Shown piece by piece: positions 11,520 through 24,067 of a DNA stretch of 50,211 bases; the stretch's first letter is position 1, and every line of letters starts with the position of its first letter. Origin of the DNA: Octopus bimaculoides. Taxonomy: Eukaryota. The translations under genes and the position numbers were made by a program. A model generated the notes under the pieces. It made no database searches. It had not been told where the DNA came from and worked only from the letters and a program-made list of their open reading frames with translations. The stretch lies in the NCBI RefSeq assembly GCF_001194135.2, contig NC_068984.1:62833141-62883351 (forward strand). Direction: 5' to 3'.

Positions 11520-11703
11520 TGAGATCACAACACTCTCCCACCCCGAACTGGTCGCTAGTCTGTCGTATAGTTACTCACAGCTGAATGGACTGAATTAACG
11601 TGAAATAAAGTGTTTTGCTCAAGAACCCTACGCACTGCCCGTCTGGGAATTGCAACCAAAATTTTGCGATTGAGAGTGCAGCATTCTAACCAATAGCCCT
11701 TGT
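11520..11703 (-). mobile_element. tRNA-derived CORE-type SINE (degenerate)
   Basis: The reverse complement contains a tRNA-like head and ttgagcaaaacactttatttcacgtt, as in 39859-40150. Confidence 0.7.
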
Positions 11704-12557
11704 GTTTTTACATTAATTATTTACATTCTCTTTAACTATGTTTACGCTATAAATGTTCTGTTTACTACGAGAGAGTGTGAGAGAGTTAATAATTCAACAT
11801 AAATATCGCCATGAATTATCTTCCTTTCATAATATATTGATGAACATGTCAGAATCTTACAACCTACGAAAATTGACTGTAACTGGAATTAAGACGATGA
11901 TATTTTTGTGAACATCTTTTTGTTACATGTTCTTGGACATCATCATAGTGCTCACCTAAGAAACTTTGAAGTAACGAAATACTCAGCTTCCAAACATAAA
12001 GATATTAATATAATTACACCAACCAGTATTGAGCACCTTGCATTTCATGCAGTTTCAGACAAATATATATATGTGCGCGTGTGTGTGTGTGTGTGAGTGC
12101 GCTCACGTGTATATGTGAGGGGGTGTGTTTGTACGTTTATGTATTTGTGAAATTGCGTGCACAAAAATTTATTCATATACATACATATGTACATACACCT
12201 ACACACACAGATAGAGAGACAGAAAAATAAATACGCATACCCACACACATACATGTACAGACACACATATACATAAACATATATCGATAGATAGATAGAT
12301 ACATAGATAGTTACATATAACCCCATTTAGGTAAGTTGGGAAAATAAGGCAATACAATTTTGAATTTAAAGTCATGTAATATATTTTTTGTAAAGTCGAA
12401 ACTTCAGAAATCTCAACTCCGACTATCTGCTTTCATTCCTCTGATGTATCAGAAACAAGGAAAAGAAAGTGATTTTTCTTGTGGTTGCAATGATTGAATA
12501 TTATGACAAGAATTCATTCCATGAATTTCATCAAAACTCTTCGTATTAATTGATAAT

Positions 12558-12773
12558 CTTTTCTACTCTACGCACAAGGTCCGGAAATTTTGGGGGAGGG
12601 GGCGAGTCGATTAGATCGATCCCAGTACGCAACTAGTACTTAATTTATCGACCCCCGAAAAAATGAAAAGCAAAGTCGGCCTTGGCGGAATTTGAACTCA
12701 GAACATGAAGACAGACAAAATACCGCTATGCATTTTGCCCGGCCTGCTAGCGTTTCTTTCAGTTCGCCGCCTT
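12558..12773 (-). mobile_element. Full-length Meta-type tRNA-derived SINE with TSD
   Basis: tRNA-like head and central core (rc gtcgactttgc-tttcatcctttcggggtcgataaa type). 15-bp TSD gtatta(a/c)ttgataat at 12543-57 and 12774-88. Confidence 0.85.
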
Positions 12774-13237
12774 GTATTACTTGATAATAAGACAGTGATT
12801 GAAGCGTAGGTAAAAAGAATGTAAAACGAGGTAATCAAATAAAGAGTAGCTTTAGATATGCAGGTGAATAAGAAAATTTAACAGTAAAGGAGAAATAATA
12901 CGAATATGTCTAAATATTGAAGGGGAATAATTTGAAGGCTTTTAATGCTATTTTTCGTTTCTTCTTTAATTTTCAAACATGTATACACTTTCACTTCTCG
13001 CAAGTAATTCTTATATTATCAATCATCAATATCCTTGTTTTGAACTTTATCCAAACAATGATTGGTAAGACATTCAAAGAACCTTGTTTATGAAATGCTA
13101 TCTTCTCTTCCTGTATTCATAATCGTCGGAATATCGGCAGAGTAAATCTCACAGTAACAAATTGCAAACTTCAGAACTGCAACATTAATGGACTTATATG
13201 TGTATAACCATGTATGTACGTCTACTATGTGCGCATT

Positions 13238-13339
<102 letters not shown>

Positions 13340-13628
13340 TGCACATATACTGTAGACAACAATATCATGATAATGGAAATTGTTAAATATATGCTACATC
13401 ATAGATTATTTTGTTCTTTTTATTCCTGTGTAATTAAATGACATAAATTGTCATAAAAAGCATAGTTCCAATATTCAAATAGAAAGTAACGCTGATAGCG
13501 CTCTTGCTATTCAAAATAAAGTTGTTAAGAAATATTCTGTCTATTACCTTTATTGTTTAGGAAGAAATGATAGTAGACCGGTCTGCAATTATGTTCTTGT
13601 CACAAAGAATATCAATACTATAATCATA

Positions 13629-14562
13629 TTTATCATTATCGTCAAAATTCGCATCTACAACATTGCTGTTATAATGAACGTCATCGTCACCCTCGCCATC
13701 GTCGCAGTAGTCAGCATCATCATCATCATCATCATCATCTACTTCATTATTGACTTTCTCATCGGTATCATCAACGCTGACGGTGGCGACAGAGCAGCGA
13801 CATCGTTATTATTACTACAAACTTATTGCTATATGTGTTATCACAATCAATTTTCAATGTACTTGTCATTGTTAATACGACCAGTATTACTACAACTACT
13901 ACAACAACAACTACTACAAATACTACTACTACTTCTACGACTACTATAGACACTAGTAATATTAATACTTGTAATTGTAATAATAATAATAGTAATACTT
14001 AAAATTTTCCAATTATTACATGCTTACAACTTAATGTGTTATACTTATATACGTGCACATATAATACATATAGTAGTAAATGCAAGGACAAGCAACTTAG
14101 TCAAGTCGATATAGACAAAATATAATTTAACATATTTACTACAAAAGATATTCCATCTTTAAACACCTTTCTGTCAACATCTCAGATGTAAAATTCTTCC
14201 CTGAAGACGGAGGCTGGTATTATCCGATGATTGAATCAAATTACAATCATTATTTTGGACCACCAAGCCTCAGGAAACTGCAGTTTACTCGTAAAACTCT
14301 TACTCAACCCCTTTAATTCCTGATATCATTTATATTCAGTGTAAGTCGAACTTTTTTTTAAATGCATACATATGTACAATTTTTGTATTAAATGAATTTA
14401 TATTTTTCATGTGTCGTCTTGCCTAACTTGCTGTCCTAACATTTACTCCTCTACGTGATCAGGTTCAAATGTCTTAAGCACTACGAAGTGTATTCTATAC
14501 AGAGAATACCTGTCTCCAATCTATAACCCATATATTGAATATAAACACACATAGATATTTAT

Positions 14563-14594
<32 letters not shown>

Positions 14595-14901
14595 ACACAC
14601 ACACACATATACATAAGGACAAGGAAGTTAGTCAAGTCGATATATAAAAAAATTATAAATACATTTAATACAAAAGATATTCCATTTATTATTATCGTCA
14701 AAATTCGCATCTACAACATTGCTGTTATAATGAATGTAATCGTCACCCTCGCCGTCGTCACAGTTGTCAGCATCATCATCATCACCATCTTTATTATTGA
14801 CTTTCTCACCGGTATCATCAACGCTGACGGTGGCGACAGAGCAGCGACATCGTTATTATTATTTCAAAATTATTGCTATATGCATTATCACAATCAATTT
14901 C

Positions 14902-14902
<1 letters not shown>
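13629..14902 (+). repeat. Local rearranged duplication, order A-x-B-y-B'-A'
   Basis: A 13629-13857 is duplicated at 14685-14902; B 14084-14156 is duplicated at 14615-14685. Confidence 0.9.
14201..14285 (+). ncRNA. Hammerhead-like motif with helix I not formed (PLE terminal remnant)
   Basis: CTGAAGA (14201-07), long helix II C-G-GAGGCT-GGT / ACC-A-AGCCTC-A-G, GAAAC (14274-78), palindrome AC-TGCA-GT, triplet GUU. The flanks do not pair. Confidence 0.55.
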
Positions 14903-14941
<39 letters not shown>

Positions 14942-15146
14942 GTAAGTATATATGTTAATCCTGGCCATGGATATGCAAGTATACTGTGTTCATAGGGTAC
15001 AGGCATTAACAAAGTAAACAAGAGTTTATCAGAAATTAAATTTAAAATAAACAGGAAATGGAGTAAAGTTTTGATCATCAAACAAATTGACAACCATCGT
15101 TTATTATTTTTTAATACAAAATTTAAGTTAAGTTATNNNNNNNNNN

Positions 15147-15211
15147 TAGAGAGAGATGGATAGAGAGAGATGGATAGAGAGAGATGGATAGAGATATAGA
15201 GAGATATAGAA
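15147..15211. repeat. Tandem AGAGAGATGGAT 12-mer / (GA)-rich repeat
   Basis: Directly visible next to a small gap. Confidence 0.85.
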
Positions 15212-15565
15212 GTCACTGCCGCGAGAAATTCAGAAGTAAATATTTTTTTTAAACTTTCAAATACGTGAATCTAATATAAAAAGCAATTTTTTTTATGACC
15301 AATGGATGTAAGAGAGACAATCAATTTCTGAAAGTTACTTCGCAAAGACTTACCTCCCTTGTCCACGTAACCCAGAAACGGGTGTTTTCTGCCCCCAGGG
15401 GGCCAGTTACACATCATGTGAAAAATTCTAAGATTCTAAAACCATCTCTGGAACATAAGTAATGTATGTTCTCAGTTTGGAGAAAATAAGATGAAAAATA
15501 CGACCGTTATAATATTTTACACACACACACACACACACACAGAACCGGATTTATATTATATATAT
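15212..15565 (-). mobile_element. Putative non-autonomous Helitron-like repeat
   Basis: Ends with 'agtttggagaaaataag...(AC)n agaaccggatttatattatatatat', typical of reversed HINE-type 5' ends. Confidence 0.3.
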
Positions 15566-16197
15566 GTGGAGGTAAAGAAGTAATCATTGCGTGTATTTAT
15601 TATTATTGGCACAATGACCCTCCTGAAGTACAAACTAAACAAAATTGTTTAGTCTATGATCAAATTGGCTGATTATTTCTCTGTGACTGGTCAAATTAAT
15701 GTAGACACCTCTCATTAGACTTCAGAAAGATACGGACGTCGATTATTCATCTTTTTCAATCCACAGAGAAATAGTTAAAACAGTTGAATTAGACCTGTTT
15801 TTAAAGGTCTTATATTTTTGCCGGAGATGTTCTACTTTATATACACCACTGTTCGTGATTGATATTATTTCAGTTTTCAACATATCCATATCATACAACG
15901 TTAGCTGAAAGACCACCCTCCGGGTGGTTTTCTGCTAGCCTCTTGTTGATATTTTCACATTTGATTCCCAATTCTAATAATTTTTATATTTTACGTTTAA
16001 TTATTTCTTTGTATAATAGCGCTCACTTACTTAGTAAATATTGCTTTCATTATTTTATCATAGCCATAATCTTTCTTTTTTAAACAAACATCATGGTAGT
16101 TCCATAACAGAGGGAGAAGCAGTTTGTCAAGTTTTACCTTCACCTCAAAGTAAAATAGAGATTTCAATTCGGCAATCCATCTGTAAGCTTTGCAGTA

Positions 16198-16229
<32 letters not shown>

Positions 16230-17110
16230 GGTTGGGAGAGAGAGAACATTGCAAACAATGAATGTAATAAACATGAAATGAAAAAAATCGTATAAATTAA
16301 AGGGCATTAGTACAGCTATATACGCTCCCGAATTTCTTACCCCATAACACCCAGAAAAATGGATACTTTTTAACATTTTCAACAAATACCGCTTAGATGT
16401 TGTGCCTCCAGAGTATATAGGGATTTATGGGACAGGATTTTTGCAAAGGGGTGGAAAGAGGAGATCTAGAAAATTCAAATGATCTAACTTTTTCCCTCAC
16501 AACTTTCAGAAATATGGGCGTCATTTAATGAAAGTTTTACAAATCCCTTTCAAACAACATAGATTACGATTATAAGGAAATTTGTGGGGAAAAAGTTTTC
16601 GGGGATTTTCCCCATTTTTTTAAGCCACAGCCTTCGAAATGATGGGGTCGAAGGCATCTCTGTTTCAAAAAAGTTTTGAAAACTCTTTATTTTTTTACAT
16701 CCCCCGCCCTCATCCTACCACTCCGAACATATTTTGGCCAATTTTTTCTGTTGTTATTTATTTATTTATTTTTTTGAAATTCAAAACCATGGGAAAAGCA
16801 TTTTTGGTAAAAAAAAAAATGTTAATATTTTCAGAGGGAAATGTGAGTGATTTAAGGGCGATTTGGCTGTTGTTTCTAGCATATCCCAAAACAACCCTCT
16901 CGCTTTGTTATCATTCTCACATATATTGATGTTTTTCAATATTTTCCCCCCATAAATACCTTTATATGCTAAAAACAAGAAAATTTAAGAAATTATAAAT
17001 TTTTTGCAACCCCACTCCCTACCTCCAATTGTATCTGTTTAGAAATTAAAATATTGGAGAGTCTGAGAAAGTCGTTTCTGGTATTTATGCACAGTGATTT
17101 TAAAAAATTA

Positions 17111-17530
17111 CGGAGATGTACTTGCATAGCAAGTGACTTGATCTGAGATCGTGTGCTGAAACAAAAGAATTGCAGCGTCGAAGTTTGTAAGCCATTCAAG
17201 ACCACACAGAAACCGTTAGTTTCACGGCACTACTGAAATACAGAGGTCCCGATGCATCTAAGTAACGATATGAAGGGGAAGGTTAGTTTTTAGGATTAGT
17301 TGTAAGGGTTAGTTAGGGTTAGGATTAAAGCTAGTGTGTCGTTATACGTTCACACAGAGTACATTTAAAATGTTTTGTACGTAACCCCTTTATTTAAGTA
17401 GTACCGGTAAGGGACCTCTGTATTTAAGTATTACCAGTTTTATTTCGACATTAAAATTTCATATATGTCAAAATATTGTTCACTGACAAAACTTCACAAA
17501 AGTGATGCAGCACGAAGTTTTGTCAGCGAG
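17111..17530. mobile_element. Fold-back MITE (left arm, centre, start of right arm), interrupted by another MITE
   Basis: Begins TA|CGGAGATGTACTTGCATAGCAAGT. Central IR ctgacaaaacttc / gaagttttgtcag (~17487-17527). Homologous to 2432-2626. Confidence 0.7.
17226..17435. mobile_element. Merlin-like MITE (210 bp)
   Basis: 25-bp TIRs matching at 22/25 and starting GG (ggcactactgaaatacagaggtccc; rc ggtaatacttaaatacagaggtccc). 8-bp TSD agtttcac / agttttat. Degenerate GGTTAG core. Confidence 0.75.
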
Positions 17531-18429
17531 TACACACACACACATACACACACACATACACAGACATGCACACACACACACGCATGCACACATTCATTGC
17601 CTTTCATTTATGAGTATGTGTATCTATGTGTGTGCGCGAGTGTGTATTGGAGTGTATGTGTGTCGCTGTTGAAGTCGTTCGTGCAACTTGTTTGCTTATA
17701 TATTGGCTTAGTAGTATAAAATGTTTAGAAATTATGAATAGGTTGCAAATTTTGAGTACATATCGGTAATTTTTTTTCTTCTTTTCTTCTAATAGCAATT
17801 ACCCAGCTTTCTAGGATCTTCTCACAGCTATCCCAAGTTCAAAAATTATATGGGTTTTTAAAAAAAATTCCATTCAATAAATAATGTATTTACATTACGT
17901 ATACACTAATAGAATAAACTATCGGTTTTCCAAATAACGAATTAAGACTTTAAAGAGAAAGTGATAGACTTTGCGAATGAAAATAGAATACTCCGCAGTG
18001 AATGCAATGAATATTTAAATTTGAACTTGAGAAATCGAAATTATAGGAAATTTCTTAGAACATTAATTTATAAAAATATTTTCAGACGGTCAACCCGTTA
18101 ATAATTGCTTTCTTTTAGTACGTTTAATAATTGTTACATACCTAATTAATAAGCAGCTTTCTCCATTATAGTATAGATATTATATAATAGCTTTGTATGA
18201 AACAGCGATATAACTTACTCTATTTACTTTTAAATCTGTCTCGTTTCAGAATATTGATAGTGGTACGGTGTCACAGAAGATATAACAACTAGCAAGAGAT
18301 TATAAACATAATATTGTAACTGCTGAAGCTGTAACTTCATCATCATCATCATCTTTATAATTGCTTAATAATTATATTTCTGCTAGTATAATTCGTATTA
18401 CGTGTGTAGATTTTGGTCTTGAAGCATCT

Positions 18430-21400
18430 TAGTTATTCCAGTGTTTTATAGAATCATTTATCACTTTTTTTCTATTTAGTTTCATTTCATCGTATAATGA
18501 AGACTTTACTGGTTCTATGTTGCAAGCATGATCAACCAATGAAAAAGTGAATTTGTGTGTCCTCTGGAATAGTTTAGTCGTGACGTTTCCAACAATTAAA
18601 CCTGCTTTGGAATTTGCATATAATATTGGTCGCTTCATGTATGACTGATGTTTCTACGTTGAAGAGAAAGTGTAAACTTTGTAATATATTGCAATTGGTG
18701 GTTTCGAAAATAAAGTTCTGTTATATGTATTTTCTGTCTTAAGTTATTCAGTGACGTTTTTATTTGATTTTACTAAGAGTAAATTTAGTTAATGTATAAT
18801 ACTACTCGTGTGTTTGTGGGATTTTAGGTGTACCAATAGCACTTAACATTTCGAGTTCAAATTATTCATACGTCGGTCTTCCCTTTCCATTCTTTTCAGC
18901 TTGAAACAATAATCTACCAGTCATTCACTGGATGTAATAAACTTGCCTCACTTCTTGAAATTACTGGCTTGTGCAGAAATCTATGTTGAAATATATTCTA
19001 TCTCATAACATTTCCTTATGTAATGAAAGATAGTTGTTTCTTATATTTACGATGGCTTACAGTATTCAAAATCAAAGCATATGGAGTGTGGTTGAAATAT
19101 ATGTTTGTGTGTGTGTGTTCACGTGCGTGTGTGTGTGTGTTAGCATTATTTATTCACATGTAATATGTAAATAAGGGTGTAAGTATATACATATATATAT
19201 ATATGTATATATTTATGCATGTATGTGTCTTTGTGTGTGTGTATGCGTGTGTGCGTGTGTACGTGTGTGCGTGTCCCCGTTTCTCTGTGTACGTCCACAA
19301 CAATACGCTTATGATATTCGATATGTATGTGCGTGTACGTGTATGGAAGTACTCCAGGTGAAACTGTATCTAATTGCGAGTGTGCATGTATGTATTGTGT
19401 GTGTGTGAGCGAGAGAGAAAGAGTATGTGTGTGTATAAGCCTGCGTCTACTCACGTGTGTGTAATAAGTATCTGTATTAGACAATTGTTTTTTTTCTTCA
19501 TTACACTCCATTGTATTCAACAGCTGCAGATAAGAAGACAAAGTATACTTTTGATTAGAAAACTTACAAAAGACCAAATTGTTTCTTGCTAAGGATTATT
19601 CTTATAGTTTTGTTTTTGTTTTGTTATTTTCTATAATATTATATTCTTTGATCAGTCGTAACTAATGTGATCTTTGAAATTCCTAGAACAATACAATGAT
19701 CTTATTAGAAATAAATATTTAACTGAGATAAATATCTACTACAGCTATTTAACATAGAATTTTCTCATATTTATTTTTAATTTTTGCTTTAATCAGTTTA
19801 TCCATTCAATTCCTGTCTTGGTATCTTTTATAATTGTGAATTCTGGTAAATGTAGAAATAAAAAGTATATATATAACGCTATATAAGTGTGTGAATGCGT
19901 AAAATAGAAATATGAATACTTTCCCATATGTCTGTGCTAGCACACGCTTATGTTTGTTGCATTTCTATTTTCTGTTTAACCATGAGCGTGTGTGCGCGCC
20001 CGCGTATGTGCGTATATATGTAGGAATATATGTGTGTATGTGTGTGTGCGTGTGTGCGGGTGCGTGTGTGTGTGCGTGTGTGTGTATAGAGATATATTTA
20101 CATATATCACTATATAATTTGCATGAATTTGTGTATGCATGTTAGCAAGTGTACACACACACAAACTCATATATACATACGCACACAGACCTATAACCGT
20201 GCTTAACTGGTTGACGGATGTTTTATGATATCGCACTCTATCACCTCATGATATTATGTTGACCAGGAACCAAAATACTCGACCCATGCCCTCACATCCC
20301 TTCAGCGTGTAGACCAAACAAAAGGACTTGTATATTAATTCACGATAAAGTAGATTTCGATAATAAAAACTAATACACAATATCTTTAATTGAATATTAC
20401 GCAATAAATGAGCTCCGTACGAAAAACAGTAATGAAAGAATCAATTTCTATAACCTCTCCCCTTCATCAAGACTATTCTAGTGGAATTTCCTACCTAATT
20501 AATAATCTTTACTTTGAAATTGTAAATTTCAATTTTCTCCCGTATTTAAAAGGAAACGATATAACGACTTACGTTTTGTATAAGAATCTTTTTGCAATCT
20601 CATTGACTCGATGCCAGACTTAAAGTCACTTTCTCACTACACTTTTCATTGAGACCACCTTTCGAGTCAAGATGATCACAAGACTTAAGGCACCCCTCTG
20701 CCCTCAGCTGGAGTATGACGTACTATGTAGGTTTCTATATCAGTGCTTTATCTCTCGTAGATTATATGGTTTATTTTCGATCATGTTACAGTAGTAGAGA
20801 TACGGATTTCTGTCTTTCATTTGTGAAGAAGTCAATAAACTGATATACACATTATTATGTATCATACAGCGTAGGTTCAATTTAGATGGCTTCTGAGTTT
20901 TTTGATTTCATCTCTTCCTTGACATGCTTTTTCCTTCTTGTACGTGTCTACATATAGAAAGATCTGTAGTATATCATTCCTACCCAAGTTTGCTCGTGGG
21001 GTCGCTGGTATAGTTGCTGAAAGGTCAATTTTTGGAAAACAGCATAACGTACATGACTTTTGCTCTCTGGTTGACATAGTTTCACAGAAATGAGCAAGCA
21101 AAAAAAAAACCAAAAAAAAAAACCATTGTAGATGGCAAAAGGAAGAATCTTCTTAATATTGAGATAAGTTGAAACATTACCTCACTTAATTGAAGGGTAG
21201 AATTAATCTCAGGAGAAGGAAGATTCGAATATATAAAGCTGAGAAGAGGATCTTTCGAGGTGATCGTGTCTTTCACGTCTTGTTATTGCACTTATTCTTT
21301 TGTGTATCATGTTAAACAAAGCCAACTAATGATACACAGTTGGAAAGAATATGGCAATAGTGAATCACCCCCTTCTTACCGTTGATTTAACGATTTAGGG
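18430..21400 (+). pseudogene. Decayed TLR-like gene remnant IV
   Basis: LEFAYNI, LETIIYQSFTGCNKLASL (18900), LKYILSHNIS (18986-19015), FNFCFNQFIHSIP (~19780), YLKGNDITT (20543-69), PDLKSLS. Hydrophobic FFDFISSLTCFFLLVRVY (~20900-950). TIR box2-like RVELISGEGRFEYIKLRRGSFEVIVSF (21194-21275). Confidence 0.45.
19095..19470. repeat. Degenerate (GT)n/(AT)n simple-repeat block
   Basis: Directly visible; a similar block lies at 19985-20195. Confidence 0.9.
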
Positions 21401-21456
21401 CAAAGACAAGAATTAACTGGATCTCTTAGTACACACCATTTTTCTTTTTTTGACAT

Positions 21457-21830
21457 CTTTCAAACATTCGATTGCGGCCATGCTAGAGTACCGCCTTAAA
21501 GTGGTCTTGTCGAAAAATCGACCCTAGGTCTTATTTGCAAGCCTAACTTATTCTATCGGTCTTTTAGCCGAACAGCTAAGTTACGGGGACGTAAGGAAAC
21601 CAACACCGGTTATCAAGCTATGACGGGGAGACAAACACGCACATAAAGACACACACATACCTATATACGACGGGCTTTTTTCAGTTTCCGTCTACCAAAT
21701 CTACTCACAAGGCTTTGGTCGGCCTGAAGTTATGATAAGACAGTTCCAGGTGCCACGCAGTAGGACTAGGACCAGAACCATAAGGTTGGAAAGCAATTTC
21801 TTACCACACAGCCACGCCCGTGATTATTGT
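21457..21830 (-). mobile_element. SINE family A, near full length
   Basis: rc head ggcgtggctgtgtggtaagaaattgc, central ggccgaccaaagccttgtgag, internal microsatellite, tail ggcggtactctagcatggccgcaatc. Confidence 0.85.
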
Positions 21831-22551
21831 AAGTATATTTAGCAAAGATAATCGGATGCCTTCGGAATTAAAAAGAAAATATACAATGATGAACCTGGGA
21901 AAACCCATAACAAGTGCTGGAATTCTTTTCTCCGTATGATGAAAATTATAAAAATATAAATAAAAATATAAATATCATGGAATACTAGCAAACGAAAAAA
22001 ATCAAAAGTATAGAAATCAAGGACACCCTGAGTAAAAAAATATCTACAATATATATTTTTAATCCGTTCCGGCTGATTTGAACGTGAATATGGTAATCGC
22101 TGTCATATTTCATCAAGGGGGAACTTCTTTCGGACAAATATATTTTCATAATACACAGGAATCATTTCCGTAAGGGGACATTGTCACATCCAGTATTTCG
22201 ACATCATAGTACTTCTACCTCCTCATCCACAGCTAAATTGACAAACGAATATAACAAGAGTTTATGGCTCTTGATGAAAAATAATACGTGCCAACTAATA
22301 ATATATTGTCATGTGTACGATGTGCAGCAACGTAATTCAGGACGATGACTTCCATATTTATTTTTTATTTATTCCAATTGATTCGAACGTTCTCCATGGA
22401 CGAAATCCACCTGAACATATTCGAGCCTGAATATGTAAGCCATCATTTTTACTCTCGCTTCTCATTTTACATATGTCTAAAGTGTTTTTGTAGAAAGAAG
22501 ATACTAAAATCTGCTGGAGAATATTGTTATCGTTTTAATGTGATATTGTAG

Positions 22552-23038
22552 TTGTTGTCTCTGATTACTGTGGTGGTGGTTGTTTCGATATTGTTGTTGT
22601 TGTTGGTGGTGAAGCTAATTCACTTGCTTTTGCATTTTCTGTTGTCACAACTGCTGCAGCTGCTGCCGTTACTGGTGATACTGTTGTCAGCCCCCGCAAC
22701 CTGCGCCAAAGATGATAGTGGTGATGTTGGTGGTGGTGATGTTGGTGGTGGTGATGTTGGTGGTGGTGATGTTGGTGGTGGTGATAGTTTGATANNNNNN
22801 NNNNNNNNNNNNNNNNNNNNNNNNNNNNNNNNNNNNNNNNNNNNNNNNNNNNNNNNNNNNNNNNNNNNNNNNNNNNNNNNNNNNNNNNNNNNNNNNNNNN
22901 NNNNNNNNNNNNNNNNNNNNNNNNNNNNNNNNNNNNNNNNNNNNNNNNNNNNNNNNNNNNNNNNNNNNNNNNNNNNNNNNNNNNNNNNNNNNNNNNNNNN
23001 NNNNNNNNNNNNNNNNNNNNNNNNNNNNNNNNNNNNNN

Positions 23039-23094
<56 letters not shown>

Positions 23095-23115
23095 TGCTGC
23101 TGTTGTTGCTGCTGC
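22552..23115. repeat. Trinucleotide-derived low complexity: 15-mer GGTGGTGATGTTGGT, then (AGT)n and (TGY)n around a gap
   Basis: Directly visible. Confidence 0.9.
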
Positions 23116-23399
23116 CGCTCCTGTCGCTGACACTCGTTACAGTAATCGTGGAGTGACATTTTACTTCTTGAAAGGGGTCAGATCAGTTATCCAAGTTCAT
23201 TGACTGACTGTTAAAGATGCCAGAACATCTTAAATTAATATTTGTTTTTTGAGGGCAATACTCACTCTTCAGAATTTCCTCACGTTTTACAGCTAAAGGT
23301 GCAGGAAACAAGGGCATCGGGCAGACCACCTGAGTTCTGGTTCGCTAAACGAAAGTTAGATGCATATTGATTTCAAATATTGGCAAAAGTTCAACAATT

Positions 23400-23556
23400 T
23401 CGGGTAACGGGTTAAGTCGATTACATCGACGCGATTGTTCAACACATTCTTCGTTTAAAAGGCAATGTCGACTTCGGCGAAATTTGAAATCAGAACATAA
23501 AAGCGGATATAATGACGCTGAGCATTTTGTTCGGCGTGCTAATAATTCTGCCACCT
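23400..23556 (-). mobile_element. Meta-type SINE (internally deleted)
   Basis: taagtcgattacatcgac...aaaggcaatgtcgacttcggcg...gcattttgttcggcgtgctaa. Confidence 0.8.
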
Positions 23557-23579
23557 AGCCTCCTTCAGGTAGATAAATA

Positions 23580-23795
23580 CTGATTTAAAATTTTAACACA
23601 TGGTTAGCAATTTTAAGGAGGGGACTAAGTCGATTATATCGACTCCAGTGCTCAACTGGTACTTATTTTATCGATCCCCCACAAGATGAAATGCAAACTC
23701 GAACTTGCGGAATATGAACTCAAAACGTGAGGACGAACGAAATGCCGCTAAGCATTTTGCTCGGCGCGCTAGCTATTCTGCCAGCTCAGCGCATT
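23580..23795 (-). mobile_element. Meta-type SINE
   Basis: taagtcgattatatcgactccagtgctcaactggtacttattttatcga...gccgctaagcattttgctcggcgcgcta. Confidence 0.85.
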
Positions 23796-23934
23796 TCGTT
23801 AGGTAACTATCAACAATTAAATCCTTTCCAGATATAAAACAAATCTACAAATTGTAAATGCATACTTTCTATTGTCACAGCAAGGAATTTTGAGTAATTT
23901 TCAAGAAAGAAGCAAGACGATTATACAGAGCCTA

Positions 23935-24065
23935 TAGCTCAGCTGGTGATTATGTCATAGTCTGTGGAAGATTAAACGGTAAATATGACCTCGCTGTTAA
24001 TTGAATTTATAACGTAAAGGGTGGGAGGAAATGCCACTAAGCAACTTATCCGACATGGTAACGAT
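23935..24065 (-). mobile_element. Old Meta-type SINE
   Basis: Degenerate match, e.g. aaatgccactaagca...ccgacatggtaacgattct. Confidence 0.5.
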
Positions 24066-24067
24066 TC

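Noticed and set aside
13540-13810. Asp-rich minus-strand reading frame (VDDTDEKVNNEVDDDD...)
   Set aside because: It derives from decayed (GAT)n-type repeats, has a stop just upstream, no start or splice support, and lies within the local duplication.
14938-14946. Perfect splice donor CAG|GTAAGT
   Set aside because: It is preceded by (TA)n, with no credible exon or acceptor upstream.
16300-17100. Possible non-autonomous DNA transposon
   Set aside because: It looks repeat-like, but I could not identify matching TIRs, a TSD or a second copy in the window.
17280-17330. Interstitial telomere
   Set aside because: Only a few degenerate TTAGGG-like units, enclosed by MITE TIRs and a TSD.
18429-18675. 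Minus-strand ORF MKRPILYANSK... with a plausible acceptor
   Set aside because: No recognisable family. The plus strand carries LRR-like motifs consistent with remnant IV, which explains the sequence better.
18644-18685. CTGATGT...GAAAG motif
   Set aside because: A9 is mutated and helices I and II are weak.
20877-21276. Two minus-strand ORFs (78 aa and 64 aa)
   Set aside because: They are antisense to the TM/TIR-like remnant and have no known motif.
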